Source of the DNA: Promethearchaeota archaeon
GTDB taxonomy: Archaea; Asgardarchaeota; Lokiarchaeia; Sigyniarchaeales; SOKP01
NCBI GenBank assembly: GCA_019894975.1
Contig: JAGXNO010000002.1
Span: 129,183-193,182, forward strand
Length of the DNA stretch: 64,000 bases
Reading direction: 5' to 3'
A program made the translations under genes and the position numbers. The notes beneath the pieces were generated by a model. That model was not told the DNA's origin. It saw only the letters and a program-made list of their open reading frames with translations, and made no database searches. This document shows positions 1 to 9,895 of this stretch, one piece after another (position 1 is the first letter of the stretch; each line of letters starts with the position of its first letter).

Positions 1-63
1 CAAAATATAATAGATTTCGAAAAGAAAATGAAACAATCAGAGATTTTGCAATTATTTCAGTAA
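1..63 (+). CDS. 3' end of a gene entering the window (QNIIDFEKKMKQSEILQLFQ-stop), product unknown
   Basis: Frame 1 is open from base 1 to TAA at 61-63 with protein-like composition; too short to identify. Confidence 0.4.
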   Translation, partial: QNIIDFEKKMKQSEILQLFQ

Positions 64-349
64 AGGATCTAAAATTAACACCTTCCTCAATATATCCATT
101 CATTCAACAAGTTGAGGAAATAATTTATGGTAAACCATATAAAATAACTGAAAAAGATTTCTATAAAACATGTGAATTATTTTCACCAATTTATTTTCAA
201 TTAACAGGGCATAATTTTGTTTTAAATTTTTAATCAAGATAATTATGAAAATTACAAATTCAAATATTAAAAAGAAGTACAAAAAATTATAAATTCAAAA
301 GAAATTATTAATTAAATTATTTCAAAAAATACAGAAGTAGGTAAAAAAA

Positions 350-727
350 ATGGCTAAAAAGAAAAAAAAGGCACCTGAATTAGAAATAGATATAAAACAG
401 AAATTTGAAAATGTAAAAGTATTAGTAGATACAAATAGGCCAAAAGAAGCAATAGCTTACATATATCTAGTCTATGATGATCTAATTAATGTGAAATTTA
501 AGAAACCTAGAATGACGCATCAAACTATTCGAGAATATGCAATAACGTGCGTAAATGAACTAGAAAAAGGCTTAAAACCAGAATCAGTATATCCATTCAT
601 TAAAAAAATCGAAGATATAATTTATGGTGGAGTAGAACCGACTACAAAAGAATTAAATTTCACAATAGATTTATTCTCCAATCTATACAACGAAATTACT
701 GGAAAAACTGTTAATTTCTCGTTATAA
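350..727 (+). CDS. Small DUF4129-like helical protein, first gene of the MoxR operon
   Basis: EAIAYIY...QTIREYA...FIKKIEDIIYGG pattern resembles DUF4129 (T.REY ... E...YG); context upstream of MoxR/DUF58. Confidence 0.55.
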   Translation: MAKKKKKAPELEIDIKQKFENVKVLVDTNRPKEAIAYIYLVYDDLINVKFKKPRMTHQTIREYAITCVNELEKGLKPESVYPFIKKIEDIIYGGVEPTTKELNFTIDLFSNLYNEITGKTVNFSL

Positions 728-787
728 ATCTATTTCAAATTATTAAATTATATATAAATAGCAACAATTATAAAAGTAAAAGAGAAG

Positions 788-2545
788 ATGGTAAAACCAG
801 GAAAAGCTACAACAAAAAGTATCAATATCTCAAAAGGGATAATATTTTCATTTTTCACGATATTTCTCATAATTTTTGGGATTGTGCTTAGTGAATTTTC
901 GGTTAATTACCAAACATTTGATCCCGAAGGATTTCCTGTATTTTTAACCTATCTACCACTATTGTCTTATATTGGTTCCATATTTTGCGGTGTTGGTTTT
1001 ATTATTGTTTTAAGGAATGCCACATCTCAAAAATCCCGCCAAACTCAATCTCGAAAGAAAATCAAGTCAGGGTCGGTTTACAAAAATGCTTTATTTCTAA
1101 TTATCTTTATATTTTCTTTTATCCCAATTCTTTCTCCAATTATTGACAGGGGTGAAAACACTCAGCATTTCTCAGTATATAATGACCGTTGGAATGGAGC
1201 CTCCAAACTAAAAGACACAATTGAAGCAGAAGGGTACGAAGTTATGGCAGTACAGTCTAGTTTAAGTGCTATTGAACGATTAGATAAATCAGTTCTCCTA
1301 ATATTGATGGGACCTAATCAGTTTTATGATCCTATTTTTGAAGTACCTTTCTTTATTAATTTTTTTAATGGATCCAACTCGCTTTTAATATGCCATGATC
1401 ATGGTTCGACAAGTACTCTTTTGTGGGAAATTCTTATTGCAAGTGTGTTTAATCCGGATATAAGTGTTCCTTTAACTATTTTTCCAAATGGGATCTTACG
1501 TGATAATGCTTCATATGATACCACTCCAGAATTTCCAGTAATAAAAAATTTCAATCCACATGCAACTATGTCATATCCAAACGCAATTTCTCAAGTGATT
1601 CTTTCAAGGGCTTCTTGTGCTGTTGGGGGTGACTTTATTACTCAGTTTGGCTGGACATCTGTTGGAGAAACAACTATGTCAGGATTTATTGACAAAGATG
1701 GTAATAAGGAATATACTTCCCCGGAGGATGATCTTAATTTAGGTTTTATGAGTATAATAGATCTTGGATTTCCACTTCCAGAGACTTTTCCACTTGGAGG
1801 ATATTCGCAACAAGTCTTTCTAGCTCACGAAATGGGGACTGTGGATCAACCTCGAATCTTTGTTTCGGCTGATGCTAGCTTGTTCAATAACGAGTTAATT
1901 GACGAGCCCGGTTATGATAACATGGATTTTGCTATCAATATTATTGAATGGTTAACCTTTGTTAATGATGGGAGAAGTAAAGATGAGTGGATTATCGCTT
2001 TTGATGAGGCTCATATTCGCCCAGAATATTCAAGGGATCTTACTTCAGCAGGTATCTTTGGATTTATTATGCAATATATAGTACACTTATCAACTAATCC
2101 GATTACCGCCTGGATTTATCCCGTTTTAGCCTTTTACACATTAAGAAAATATTTACCTAAAAAAGATAAAAAAGAAGAAGAAAGAAAAATAGCAGAAGCG
2201 GAAGAAAAGAAGGAGGAAAAGGCTCGATTTAGAACATCTTCGTTTTTTGCTCAAAAAATTGAAGAGTTTAGAGACAAAAGCAAATATGCAGAAGCCTTAA
2301 AATTATTATATCGAAGATTAGAAAGAAAACTTCACAACCAGATGAAAGGGCAAAAGATCAGTACTAAAAGTGTTGTAGATTTTGTTATTGCAAAAGATCC
2401 TTCTATAACAAAATCCAAGATAAAACGATTAACTAAATTTATGGATACAATCATTTCCATTAAAGATGGAAAATATAAAGTAAGAGATGAAGAAGATTTC
2501 GAAGAATTATTTTTTGAAATGAGTGATATTAATAATATGATATAA
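788..2545 (+). CDS. Membrane protein with DUF4350/GATase-like extracytoplasmic domain and C-terminal helical domain
   Basis: Three N-terminal hydrophobic helices, FSVYNDRWNGASKL, SADASLFNNELI...DN..FA.NII, FDEAH motifs typical of DUF4350-type MoxR-operon proteins. Confidence 0.65.
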   Translation: MVKPGKATTKSINISKGIIFSFFTIFLIIFGIVLSEFSVNYQTFDPEGFPVFLTYLPLLSYIGSIFCGVGFIIVLRNATSQKSRQTQSRKKIKSGSVYKNALFLIIFIFSFIPILSPIIDRGENTQHFSVYNDRWNGASKLKDTIEAEGYEVMAVQSSLSAIERLDKSVLLILMGPNQFYDPIFEVPFFINFFNGSNSLLICHDHGSTSTLLWEILIASVFNPDISVPLTIFPNGILRDNASYDTTPEFPVIKNFNPHATMSYPNAISQVILSRASCAVGGDFITQFGWTSVGETTMSGFIDKDGNKEYTSPEDDLNLGFMSIIDLGFPLPETFPLGGYSQQVFLAHEMGTVDQPRIFVSADASLFNNELIDEPGYDNMDFAINIIEWLTFVNDGRSKDEWIIAFDEAHIRPEYSRDLTSAGIFGFIMQYIVHLSTNPITAWIYPVLAFYTLRKYLPKKDKKEEERKIAEAEEKKEEKARFRTSSFFAQKIEEFRDKSKYAEALKLLYRRLERKLHNQMKGQKISTKSVVDFVIAKDPSITKSKIKRLTKFMDTIISIKDGKYKVRDEEDFEELFFEMSDINNMI

Positions 2546-2627
2546 AATCATGTTTAAACTTTAAAAAAATAAAAAAAAAATCAAATAAAAATTGAAATAA
2601 ATAAAAAATAAAAAGGTGAGTTAAAAA

Positions 2628-3608
2628 ATGGAAACTTCAGATAAAGCTAAGTATTACGAGAAAGAAGAGATTGACGTCACACCTATTCGTGAAATCGCAC
2701 AGGAGGTTCTCAGCGAAGTAAGTAGGGTTATTGTCGGTTATGGTGATATACTTCAACAACTTTTTATAGCACTCTTAGTGAATGGTCATGTCCTCTTAGA
2801 AGGAGTCCCTGGATTAGGAAAAACAGTTATGGCAAAGACTTTTGCAAATACACTCGGGATTACATTTCGAAGAGTTCAATTTACACCAGATTTACTCCCA
2901 TCAGACATAACTGGAACTAAGATATTTGATCAAAATGAAGGGGCTTTCGTCTTAATGAAAGGACCGATTTTTGCAAATGTAGTTCTTGCTGATGAAATAA
3001 ATAGAAGTGCTCCTAAAACTCAAGCCGCTCTTCTAGAAGCTATGGCTGAACGACAAGTAACTATTGAAGGTCAAACTCTTACTTTGGAAAAACCATTTAT
3101 TGTAATTGCTACGGAAAACCCGGTTGAAATGGAAGGCACATATCCACTCCCAGAAGCACAAGTTGATCGCTTTCTGTTCAAACTTTGGTTAGACTATCCT
3201 GAAGACGCTGAAGAAGTAGAAATAATGAGAAGACAACTATCCGGAGATATAGCTTCAGTTGAAGCAATTACTTCAGGAGAGGAAATACTAGCAGCGCAAA
3301 GGATAATGAATCTTGTATATATAGATGACAGAATTCTCAAATATATCAGAGATTTGATAATTAAAACGCGTAACCATCCACAAATCGCACTTGGATGTGG
3401 TCCAAGAGCTAGTTTAACGCTTATGAAATCTTCTAAAGCACGAGCTGCTATTTTGGGTAGATCTTATGTCACTCCAGATGATGTTCGGGCATTAATCGTA
3501 GCAGCTCTAAATCATAGAATTCTATTAAAACCCGAAGCAGAACTAGAAGGTTTAGACTCAAAGTCGGTATTAAAATCGATAGTAGAGGAAATTCCAATCC
3601 CAATCTAA
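2628..3608 (+). CDS. moxR: MoxR-family AAA+ ATPase
   Basis: GHVLLEGVPGLGKT Walker A, RVQFTPDLLPSDITG, LADEINR Walker B, EGTYPLPEAQVDRF; AGGTGA ribosome-binding site upstream. Confidence 0.95.
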   Translation: METSDKAKYYEKEEIDVTPIREIAQEVLSEVSRVIVGYGDILQQLFIALLVNGHVLLEGVPGLGKTVMAKTFANTLGITFRRVQFTPDLLPSDITGTKIFDQNEGAFVLMKGPIFANVVLADEINRSAPKTQAALLEAMAERQVTIEGQTLTLEKPFIVIATENPVEMEGTYPLPEAQVDRFLFKLWLDYPEDAEEVEIMRRQLSGDIASVEAITSGEEILAAQRIMNLVYIDDRILKYIRDLIIKTRNHPQIALGCGPRASLTLMKSSKARAAILGRSYVTPDDVRALIVAALNHRILLKPEAELEGLDSKSVLKSIVEEIPIPI

Positions 3609-3691
3609 GAATCACCATCTTTTTTTAGGTTATGGTGAAATAAACATCATTAAGTACATAAACAAGGTTAACACCAGATAGGTGAATTGAT

Positions 3692-5020
3692 ATATTAGGT
3701 GGAAAAGGTAGAAGTTTAATTTTATTTGCTGTATTTTTCCTCACAGCAGGATTTGCTTTTGAAAATTATTTCCTTTTATATTTTGGAATTCTATTATTGT
3801 TTAGTACCATTATTAGTCTACCTGTTTTCTACTATAAAATGAACATTGAGGAACTCCGAGTTCATAGAGAATTAGAAAAAGAAAAAGTCTTTAAAGATGA
3901 TTTCGTTCATATAAAAGTTATAATCGAAAATACTGGAAGAAATGGATTTGATTTTTTAGAAATTAGAGATAATTATAATCCTCAGCTTTTCAGACTAATT
4001 TTAGGAGAAAATTTTATATCCACTAGAATTGGACCAAAGGATACAGTGAAATTTTCTTATGTGTTAGAACCAAAAGTAAGAGGTGAATACGCTCTTGGAC
4101 CTTTATCTATTATTGTTAAAGATAGATTAGGTTTTAATTCCGTAGAAAGAATTGTTCCTGATAGTGTTACTGATATTTTAGTATACCCCCCATACGATGA
4201 TATTAAAAGAATTGAAATACTGGGTTCAAAGAGATCCCTACAATTAAATTATGGTTTACAAAGGTCAAAACAAAAAGGTCTTGGTTCAGAGTTTTATGGG
4301 ATGCGAAAGTATGTTTTTGGGGATCAATTTAGACTAATAGATTGGAAAGCTAGCGCACGTACCCAATCGTTAATTGTGAAGGAATTTGAAGATGAACGGG
4401 ATGTAACCGTAATGATTTTAGTCGACTCCTCGGAAACTATGGCAGGAGGGGCAATTGAAAATACAAAGTTTGAATATGCTATAAGAGCTTGTATGCTCCT
4501 AACAAAAGTGGCTTTAACTCGACGAGACAATGTTGGGGTGTTTACTTTTTCAGATAAAAAGAACTTTAAATTTCTAAAACCAAACAGTGGAGAAGATCAC
4601 TTTTACCAAGTATTAGATTTCGTAGCACGTGTAAAACCTGAGGGGAAATGTAAGATTGGAGAAGCCATGGGACACTTTACAAGACGTTTTCAAAAACGTA
4701 GTTTAATTTTCATAATATCTGATTTGGAAGCAGATCCTAAAGAAATTAGTCAAGCCATAAAAAAATTGGTCCCATTCAATCATACTATAATTGTTATTAA
4801 TCCCTTTAGTCCATGGTTTGAGATTCATGAAATTGATCTATCATCCACAGACAAAGCTCTAGCAGAAGCTATAAGTGAAGCAATGATGGAACATATCCTA
4901 TTAATCAAGCAATCAGTTCGTAATGTTGGCATAAATCTTATAACATGTGGCCCTGATGATATGATGAATCAGATTCTGAGTAATTATATGGAAGCCAAGA
5001 AAAAAGGGAGGGCGTATTAA
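3692..5020 (+). CDS. DUF58/vWA domain protein (MoxR partner); start extended from the track's 3797 to a proposed ATA start
   Basis: GSEFYGMRKYVFGDQFRLIDWKASAR, VKEFEDE, LVDSSETM (MIDAS-like), ISD; frame is open back to 3686 and encodes two hydrophobic helices; start position uncertain. Confidence 0.85.
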   Translation: MLGGKGRSLILFAVFFLTAGFAFENYFLLYFGILLLFSTIISLPVFYYKMNIEELRVHRELEKEKVFKDDFVHIKVIIENTGRNGFDFLEIRDNYNPQLFRLILGENFISTRIGPKDTVKFSYVLEPKVRGEYALGPLSIIVKDRLGFNSVERIVPDSVTDILVYPPYDDIKRIEILGSKRSLQLNYGLQRSKQKGLGSEFYGMRKYVFGDQFRLIDWKASARTQSLIVKEFEDERDVTVMILVDSSETMAGGAIENTKFEYAIRACMLLTKVALTRRDNVGVFTFSDKKNFKFLKPNSGEDHFYQVLDFVARVKPEGKCKIGEAMGHFTRRFQKRSLIFIISDLEADPKEISQAIKKLVPFNHTIIVINPFSPWFEIHEIDLSSTDKALAEAISEAMMEHILLIKQSVRNVGINLITCGPDDMMNQILSNYMEAKKKGRAY

Positions 5021-5023
5021 AAG

Positions 5024-6466
5024 ATGGCGAGAACTTATCTCTTAACATTAAAAATAATTAACTTAGTATTTTATGTATGGTTGCTACTTATCTTCCTCTT
5101 AACTATTTTTGACTTCGACGCTGTCATTACCACCGCCGATAATGAATTAGTAATTTTGGCTTTTTTCGGAGCGGTTAGAAATGTTTTTTCTTATCTCATA
5201 TATGGAGGGGGATTACTCATCGCTTTGATTTTTGCAATGGCAACAGCGGGAGCATATAGTCAATATATGTTTAAGTTTATCGAAACATTTTTCGAAAATT
5301 ATTTAAGTGGTTGGTTCTCAATCGGTACTCCTAAATTAGGAGAGATCCCTGACTTAATTTTAAGTGAAGTAGAAGTGTTATTTAATGATCTGTATTTATT
5401 TGCATTTCAAATTTTAATTGTAGTTTCATTTATTTATGCTATCAGAGCATTCTTAAAAAGCGACCCAAAAAACCATCTTGTTGCTCTTGGCTCAATAATA
5501 CTTATGATTGTACTCCCTTTAATGGTGTTTGGGTTAAGGGAAATGTTAGATTTATTTGGTCTCCATTTTGATTATTTAGATCAAATGGCAGATCCACTCG
5601 ATCCTATCCTATTTGAAATTCCTATAGACAATTTTATACTTTTTATAGCAAGCCCCGTTATTGGATTTGCGATCATTTCTTATGTATTTTTAGAACTTGC
5701 ATTTCAAATCAATTATACTGATACTGTAACAAAACCATCCTTAGAGAGGAGCGATAGACTTGAAGCACAATTAAATATTTTAGCACGTGAATCTCATTTT
5801 ATTACAGCTAATGTTGACAAGATAAAAGAAGAAGCTAAAAAAAGAAGGGAAGAAATTGAACTTGATCATGAAGAGGGACTAGCAATAGGAAAGTTTTTTG
5901 CTAGAACAGGTAAAAGATTCTCATACGTAAAGGAAATGATTGAGAGAAGAAAATTAGAAGACGAAGAGAAAAAATTGGTAACTGCTGCTTCAAAAACAAG
6001 AAGACTTGGAAGATATATTAACCGTCTCTTTCAAGAAGATAGTGAAGCAAGAGATACATTAACAGCGAGCTCTTCCGCCCCTCGAGCTGGGAATCTAGCA
6101 ATATCAACAGTAATAAATTTTGTTTATCGGGTTGGATTATTATTAATTATTAGCTTTATCATCATTCATCCTCTTTGGTTTTTGGATACGGTCATTCAAT
6201 TACCTGATGCAATTACAGAAAGTGTTGTAATGTATTCTCCAGAAGTAATTATTGTATTATTACTACCAATAATGTTGCTCTTTCCTGTTATATCACAATT
6301 AATTTCTTTTGTAAAACATAGAAACTTAATAATACGTTTGCAACAAGAAGGGAGAATAAAAGAACTTCTGACCTCTGTGGGGGATTATGTTAAAATTGAG
6401 CAAGCTGAAAAAGATGAAAAAGAGGAAGACACAACTGAATCAGTTGCAACTGAATCTGTGACATAA
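5024..6466 (+). CDS. Polytopic membrane protein of unknown function with large charged cytoplasmic loop
   Basis: About 7 hydrophobic segments, coiled-coil-like K/E/R-rich loop, 3 nt after the DUF58 stop. Confidence 0.7.
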   Translation: MARTYLLTLKIINLVFYVWLLLIFLLTIFDFDAVITTADNELVILAFFGAVRNVFSYLIYGGGLLIALIFAMATAGAYSQYMFKFIETFFENYLSGWFSIGTPKLGEIPDLILSEVEVLFNDLYLFAFQILIVVSFIYAIRAFLKSDPKNHLVALGSIILMIVLPLMVFGLREMLDLFGLHFDYLDQMADPLDPILFEIPIDNFILFIASPVIGFAIISYVFLELAFQINYTDTVTKPSLERSDRLEAQLNILARESHFITANVDKIKEEAKKRREEIELDHEEGLAIGKFFARTGKRFSYVKEMIERRKLEDEEKKLVTAASKTRRLGRYINRLFQEDSEARDTLTASSSAPRAGNLAISTVINFVYRVGLLLIISFIIIHPLWFLDTVIQLPDAITESVVMYSPEVIIVLLLPIMLLFPVISQLISFVKHRNLIIRLQQEGRIKELLTSVGDYVKIEQAEKDEKEEDTTESVATESVT

Positions 6467-6472
6467 GGTTGA

Positions 6473-7405
6473 TTAATCTAAATTCATAATAAATTGTGCT
6501 AATTCTACCTTTTTCTTTAAATTTATCATTAATGTATCATAACAATAGCATTTTATTCCCAGTTCTTCAATCTTAGGTTTTAGCATATGATCTTTATTAT
6601 CTATAATAAAATGCCCTAAAAAATCTTGATAGAATCCAGCAACACCTACACATGAAACTTCTAAACCTAAACATTTCATTAACTTATCAGCAGGTCCTTT
6701 CACTGTTACTCCTTCAATAATTGGACTTATTCCATACACTTTATTCTTAACTTTTGAAAGAGCTTTCCTAATATCCTTTACTCCTAAAATTGTGCCGATT
6801 GATACTATTGGATTAGAAGGGCATATAATAATTTTCTTAGCTTTTTTTATATAAGTAAATACCTGTTCTAAGGCCCTAGCATCGTTAATTCCCCTGAATT
6901 CTATATTCAAAACCTCAGGTTTACATTGATATTTTATAAAAAATTCTTCAAAATGGATCCAACCCTCAGGAGTTTTTATATATGTCTCAACAGGCTCATT
7001 ACACATCGGAATAAGTTCAGCTTTAATTCCTAAATTATTACATATCAGTTTTGTAATTTGGGTTTTGTTTAATCTCTTTTTAAATAAATCTGTTCGATAG
7101 ATATGAGTAGCTAAATCTTTATCACCTGCATTAAACCAACCTGTATTATAATAATTCTTAAGAACGCTGAGGCAATTAAACGTATCTCTTTGATAACCCC
7201 AACCTTTTTCCTTATCTACTACATCAGCTAAAGTATAAGTAATTATATCCAAATCAGGGCAGATCTTAAGACCGAATAATTCAATGTCATCACCGGTGTT
7301 TACAATAATTTTCAATGATTCTTGATCTACGATCTCAGCAATTCCTTCAATTAATTTTGCTGCACCAATCCCTCCCGCCAATATTAAATAATAATCCTCA
7401 CCCAT
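6473..7405 (-). CDS. cofD: 2-phospho-L-lactate/phosphoenolpyruvate transferase (F420 synthesis, CofD/FbiA)
   Basis: LAGGIGAAK, VNTGDD, ICPDLD..YTLA, GDKDLATHI.RT, PSNPIVSIG, KGPADKLM. Confidence 0.93.
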   Translation of the reverse strand: MGEDYYLILAGGIGAAKLIEGIAEIVDQESLKIIVNTGDDIELFGLKICPDLDIITYTLADVVDKEKGWGYQRDTFNCLSVLKNYYNTGWFNAGDKDLATHIYRTDLFKKRLNKTQITKLICNNLGIKAELIPMCNEPVETYIKTPEGWIHFEEFFIKYQCKPEVLNIEFRGINDARALEQVFTYIKKAKKIIICPSNPIVSIGTILGVKDIRKALSKVKNKVYGISPIIEGVTVKGPADKLMKCLGLEVSCVGVAGFYQDFLGHFIIDNKDHMLKPKIEELGIKCYCYDTLMINLKKKVELAQFIMNLD

Positions 7406-7420
7406 ATCTAATTCACACTC

Positions 7421-8833
7421 TTAAATTTTTGGTTCAAATATTATTTTTTGTAGCTCTTTGCGAGGTGGGGCTTGAACATTCGAAAGGGGATAACCTACAG
7501 TGAAAAATGCCATAGGTACATAGGAATCAGGAAGATTAAGAGTTTGATTTATTATATTCTTAGCAAATAAAGGAGCACAATACCAACATGCCGCTAATTT
7601 TTTTATTTCAAATGCAAGGAGTAGATATGTTGCTGAAGCACTGATACTTTGGATTCCTAAAATGAATTCATTTTGCAGCCTCTCCTCATCAGGATATTTT
7701 TCTAACTCTAATTTGTCCAAGCATAACAATATCATAACTGGGGCATTAACAAAATTATTTTTAGTTTTCTTAATTTTAGCCTCAATGAACTCTTGTGATT
7801 TACCATCTTTTTCAAGATCATTTTTTAATTTTCGATTCATTTTATTAATTAATTTTATCCGTAAATCATTATTTTCTATTATAATATATCTCCATTGTTG
7901 TCTATTGTGTGCATTTGGCGCCCATCGAGCTACTTCTATACACTCTTCAATAATATTTCTGTTTACTCTCTTATTTTCAAAAGATAATTTATAACTTCTA
8001 CGATTTTTCAATAACTTAATTAATTTTTCACTTATAGGTTCTCTAAACAAATCAATTTCTTTATTCCTAATAATAGAGTCAATTTTTGCATCTACATTAA
8101 ATTCAAATTTATAGCCTCTTATTAAGACGGCAGGAATTCCCTCATCAGCCTCACCCATTACTATTTGAGCTGCTGAAGCAAGACTATCTACCTGACCAAT
8201 CATAGTAGTTTGAAGTTCATACCCAAATAAATCCTTTTCTCCTCGTTTATCTAAAACTGGATTTATTCCAGAAACTCCAATAGCGATTCCAACAGATCCT
8301 ATCCTAAATGGTCTCCCGAATGAGTCCGATATAATAACCCCTACATCTTTAAAGGTCTGTCTTTTAATCTCTTTTCTTATGTTTTCGGCATCTTGATCCG
8401 GATTTTCAGGCAGTAATGAAATAGTTTCTTTTCCTTCAACGTTAGATTTATCAATTCCTGCATCAGCACAAACAAACCCATGTTTAGTTTCGGTTATTAA
8501 AACGTGCTCTTCTTTTATTATCTCCTTAGATTCGTCTAAAATTGCTTGAATTAGATTAGGATCTTTTATTGGAAGCCCTTGTATTTTTGATTTCGAAGAG
8601 ATTTTTTTATACAATTCAAGAGCTTTCTCACTTGGTGTGATTTCATTCAAATTTCTTGTTCGACCGTTGCTTTTGGATATTAACGACTGAGCTATTACTA
8701 TTATATCTCCATCAAGTATTGATAATCCTCTTTTATTTAGGCTTTCTAATAATAGCTTTGGAATATTATCCCCTTTTTTGACAAGTGGAATATCCTCTAG
8801 ACCAAAAATATTAATTCTATTTGTTAAATTCAT
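7421..8833 (-). CDS. cofE: F420:gamma-glutamyl ligase fused to C-terminal FMN nitroreductase domain (FbiB architecture)
   Basis: N-half AGIDKSN, LLPENPD..A, ISDSFGRPFR.G, MGEADEGIP; C-half RRS...WAPNAHNRQQWR...ACWYCAPLF...VGYP. Confidence 0.9.
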   Translation of the reverse strand: MNLTNRINIFGLEDIPLVKKGDNIPKLLLESLNKRGLSILDGDIIVIAQSLISKSNGRTRNLNEITPSEKALELYKKISSKSKIQGLPIKDPNLIQAILDESKEIIKEEHVLITETKHGFVCADAGIDKSNVEGKETISLLPENPDQDAENIRKEIKRQTFKDVGVIISDSFGRPFRIGSVGIAIGVSGINPVLDKRGEKDLFGYELQTTMIGQVDSLASAAQIVMGEADEGIPAVLIRGYKFEFNVDAKIDSIIRNKEIDLFREPISEKLIKLLKNRRSYKLSFENKRVNRNIIEECIEVARWAPNAHNRQQWRYIIIENNDLRIKLINKMNRKLKNDLEKDGKSQEFIEAKIKKTKNNFVNAPVMILLCLDKLELEKYPDEERLQNEFILGIQSISASATYLLLAFEIKKLAACWYCAPLFAKNIINQTLNLPDSYVPMAFFTVGYPLSNVQAPPRKELQKIIFEPKI

Positions 8834-8839
8834 ATTAAA

Positions 8840-9895
8840 TCAATTTTTAATATTTGAATATCTTCTAATGTCAGATTTCTTACTCCGAGCTAATTTTTCA
8901 AACTTAGCAGGAATGGCACAACAAGCAGAATAGTATTCATATTGAATTTCAGAATTTTGCTCTTTTAACCATTTTAAAGTATCTCTCGAAGGGATTTCAA
9001 TTCTTGTTACTCCTGATTTTATGGCGATTTTCTCCACTTCTACTTTCACATTGCCACGGGGTCTCATACAACCAAGTGAAATTTCTGATAATGGAAAAAT
9101 GAATCTAATCACGGAGATTACTTTTCCTATCATTTCTGGCTGGGGAGTTTCAAAATCTAGCTTAGAAATTTTAGGAGGAATTAATACAATAACAACTATT
9201 AGAGGTGGTTGCCCTAGGTTTTCTTTAATAAATTTTAATGATTCTAATTCTTTATTGAGTTTACCAAAATGTAAACCAACACAAATATGAGGTACAATGT
9301 GGAGATTATATTTTTTTAATAAATCAATAGCTCTTTTATACTCATTTAAATTGATATCTAAATGGTAAATATCTCGGACAACCTCCTCATCCATGTTAAT
9401 ATCAAAGGACACAATATCTACATTGGCTTCTGCCAGTTTTTTAGCAGTTTTTTCATTTAAAAGTCCCGTATGAGTATTTATTATCAATTTCGTTTCTTTC
9501 TTCACTTTCTTAATTGCATCTAAGAAATTGTATAAAGGAACTGAGCCATTTATCTCACTTCCACCGGAAATTAAAGCACCCACTCCATTTTTTTTTGAGA
9601 GATCTATTAAAAAATACTCTAAATCATCGTTATCTAATATTTCTTTCATTCCTTTCAAATACTTTTTATTGCAATGTTCACATTCTAAAGCGCAATTACT
9701 CCCTGTTACACTAATTGCAGGGAATTTTTTGGTTGGATTATAAATTTTCAAAATATTTCCAAAATTGCTCCGAGTAATATTCTGAGCTAGCTCAAAAAAA
9801 GGTTCTAAATCTTTAGATTCTAAATTTAAAAATTCTGAAAAATCTAACCATGATGCATCTCCAGAATCTATTTTTTCAAATAATTTTTTACTCAT
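8840..9895 (-). CDS. lipS1: Radical SAM protein, LipS1-type subunit of two-component lipoyl synthase
   Basis: ISVTG..CALECEHC, LISGG, GCMR and terminal CC motifs; adjacent to lipoate ligase. Confidence 0.75.
   Translation of the reverse strand: MSKKLFEKIDSGDASWLDFSEFLNLESKDLEPFFELAQNITRSNFGNILKIYNPTKKFPAISVTGSNCALECEHCNKKYLKGMKEILDNDDLEYFLIDLSKKNGVGALISGGSEINGSVPLYNFLDAIKKVKKETKLIINTHTGLLNEKTAKKLAEANVDIVSFDINMDEEVVRDIYHLDINLNEYKRAIDLLKKYNLHIVPHICVGLHFGKLNKELESLKFIKENLGQPPLIVVIVLIPPKISKLDFETPQPEMIGKVISVIRFIFPLSEISLGCMRPRGNVKVEVEKIAIKSGVTRIEIPSRDTLKWLKEQNSEIQYEYYSACCAIPAKFEKLARSKKSDIRRYSNIKN

Noticed and set aside
100-282. 60-aa minus-strand ORF
   Set aside because: Lies in an AT-rich intergenic/promoter region, low-complexity translation, no motif
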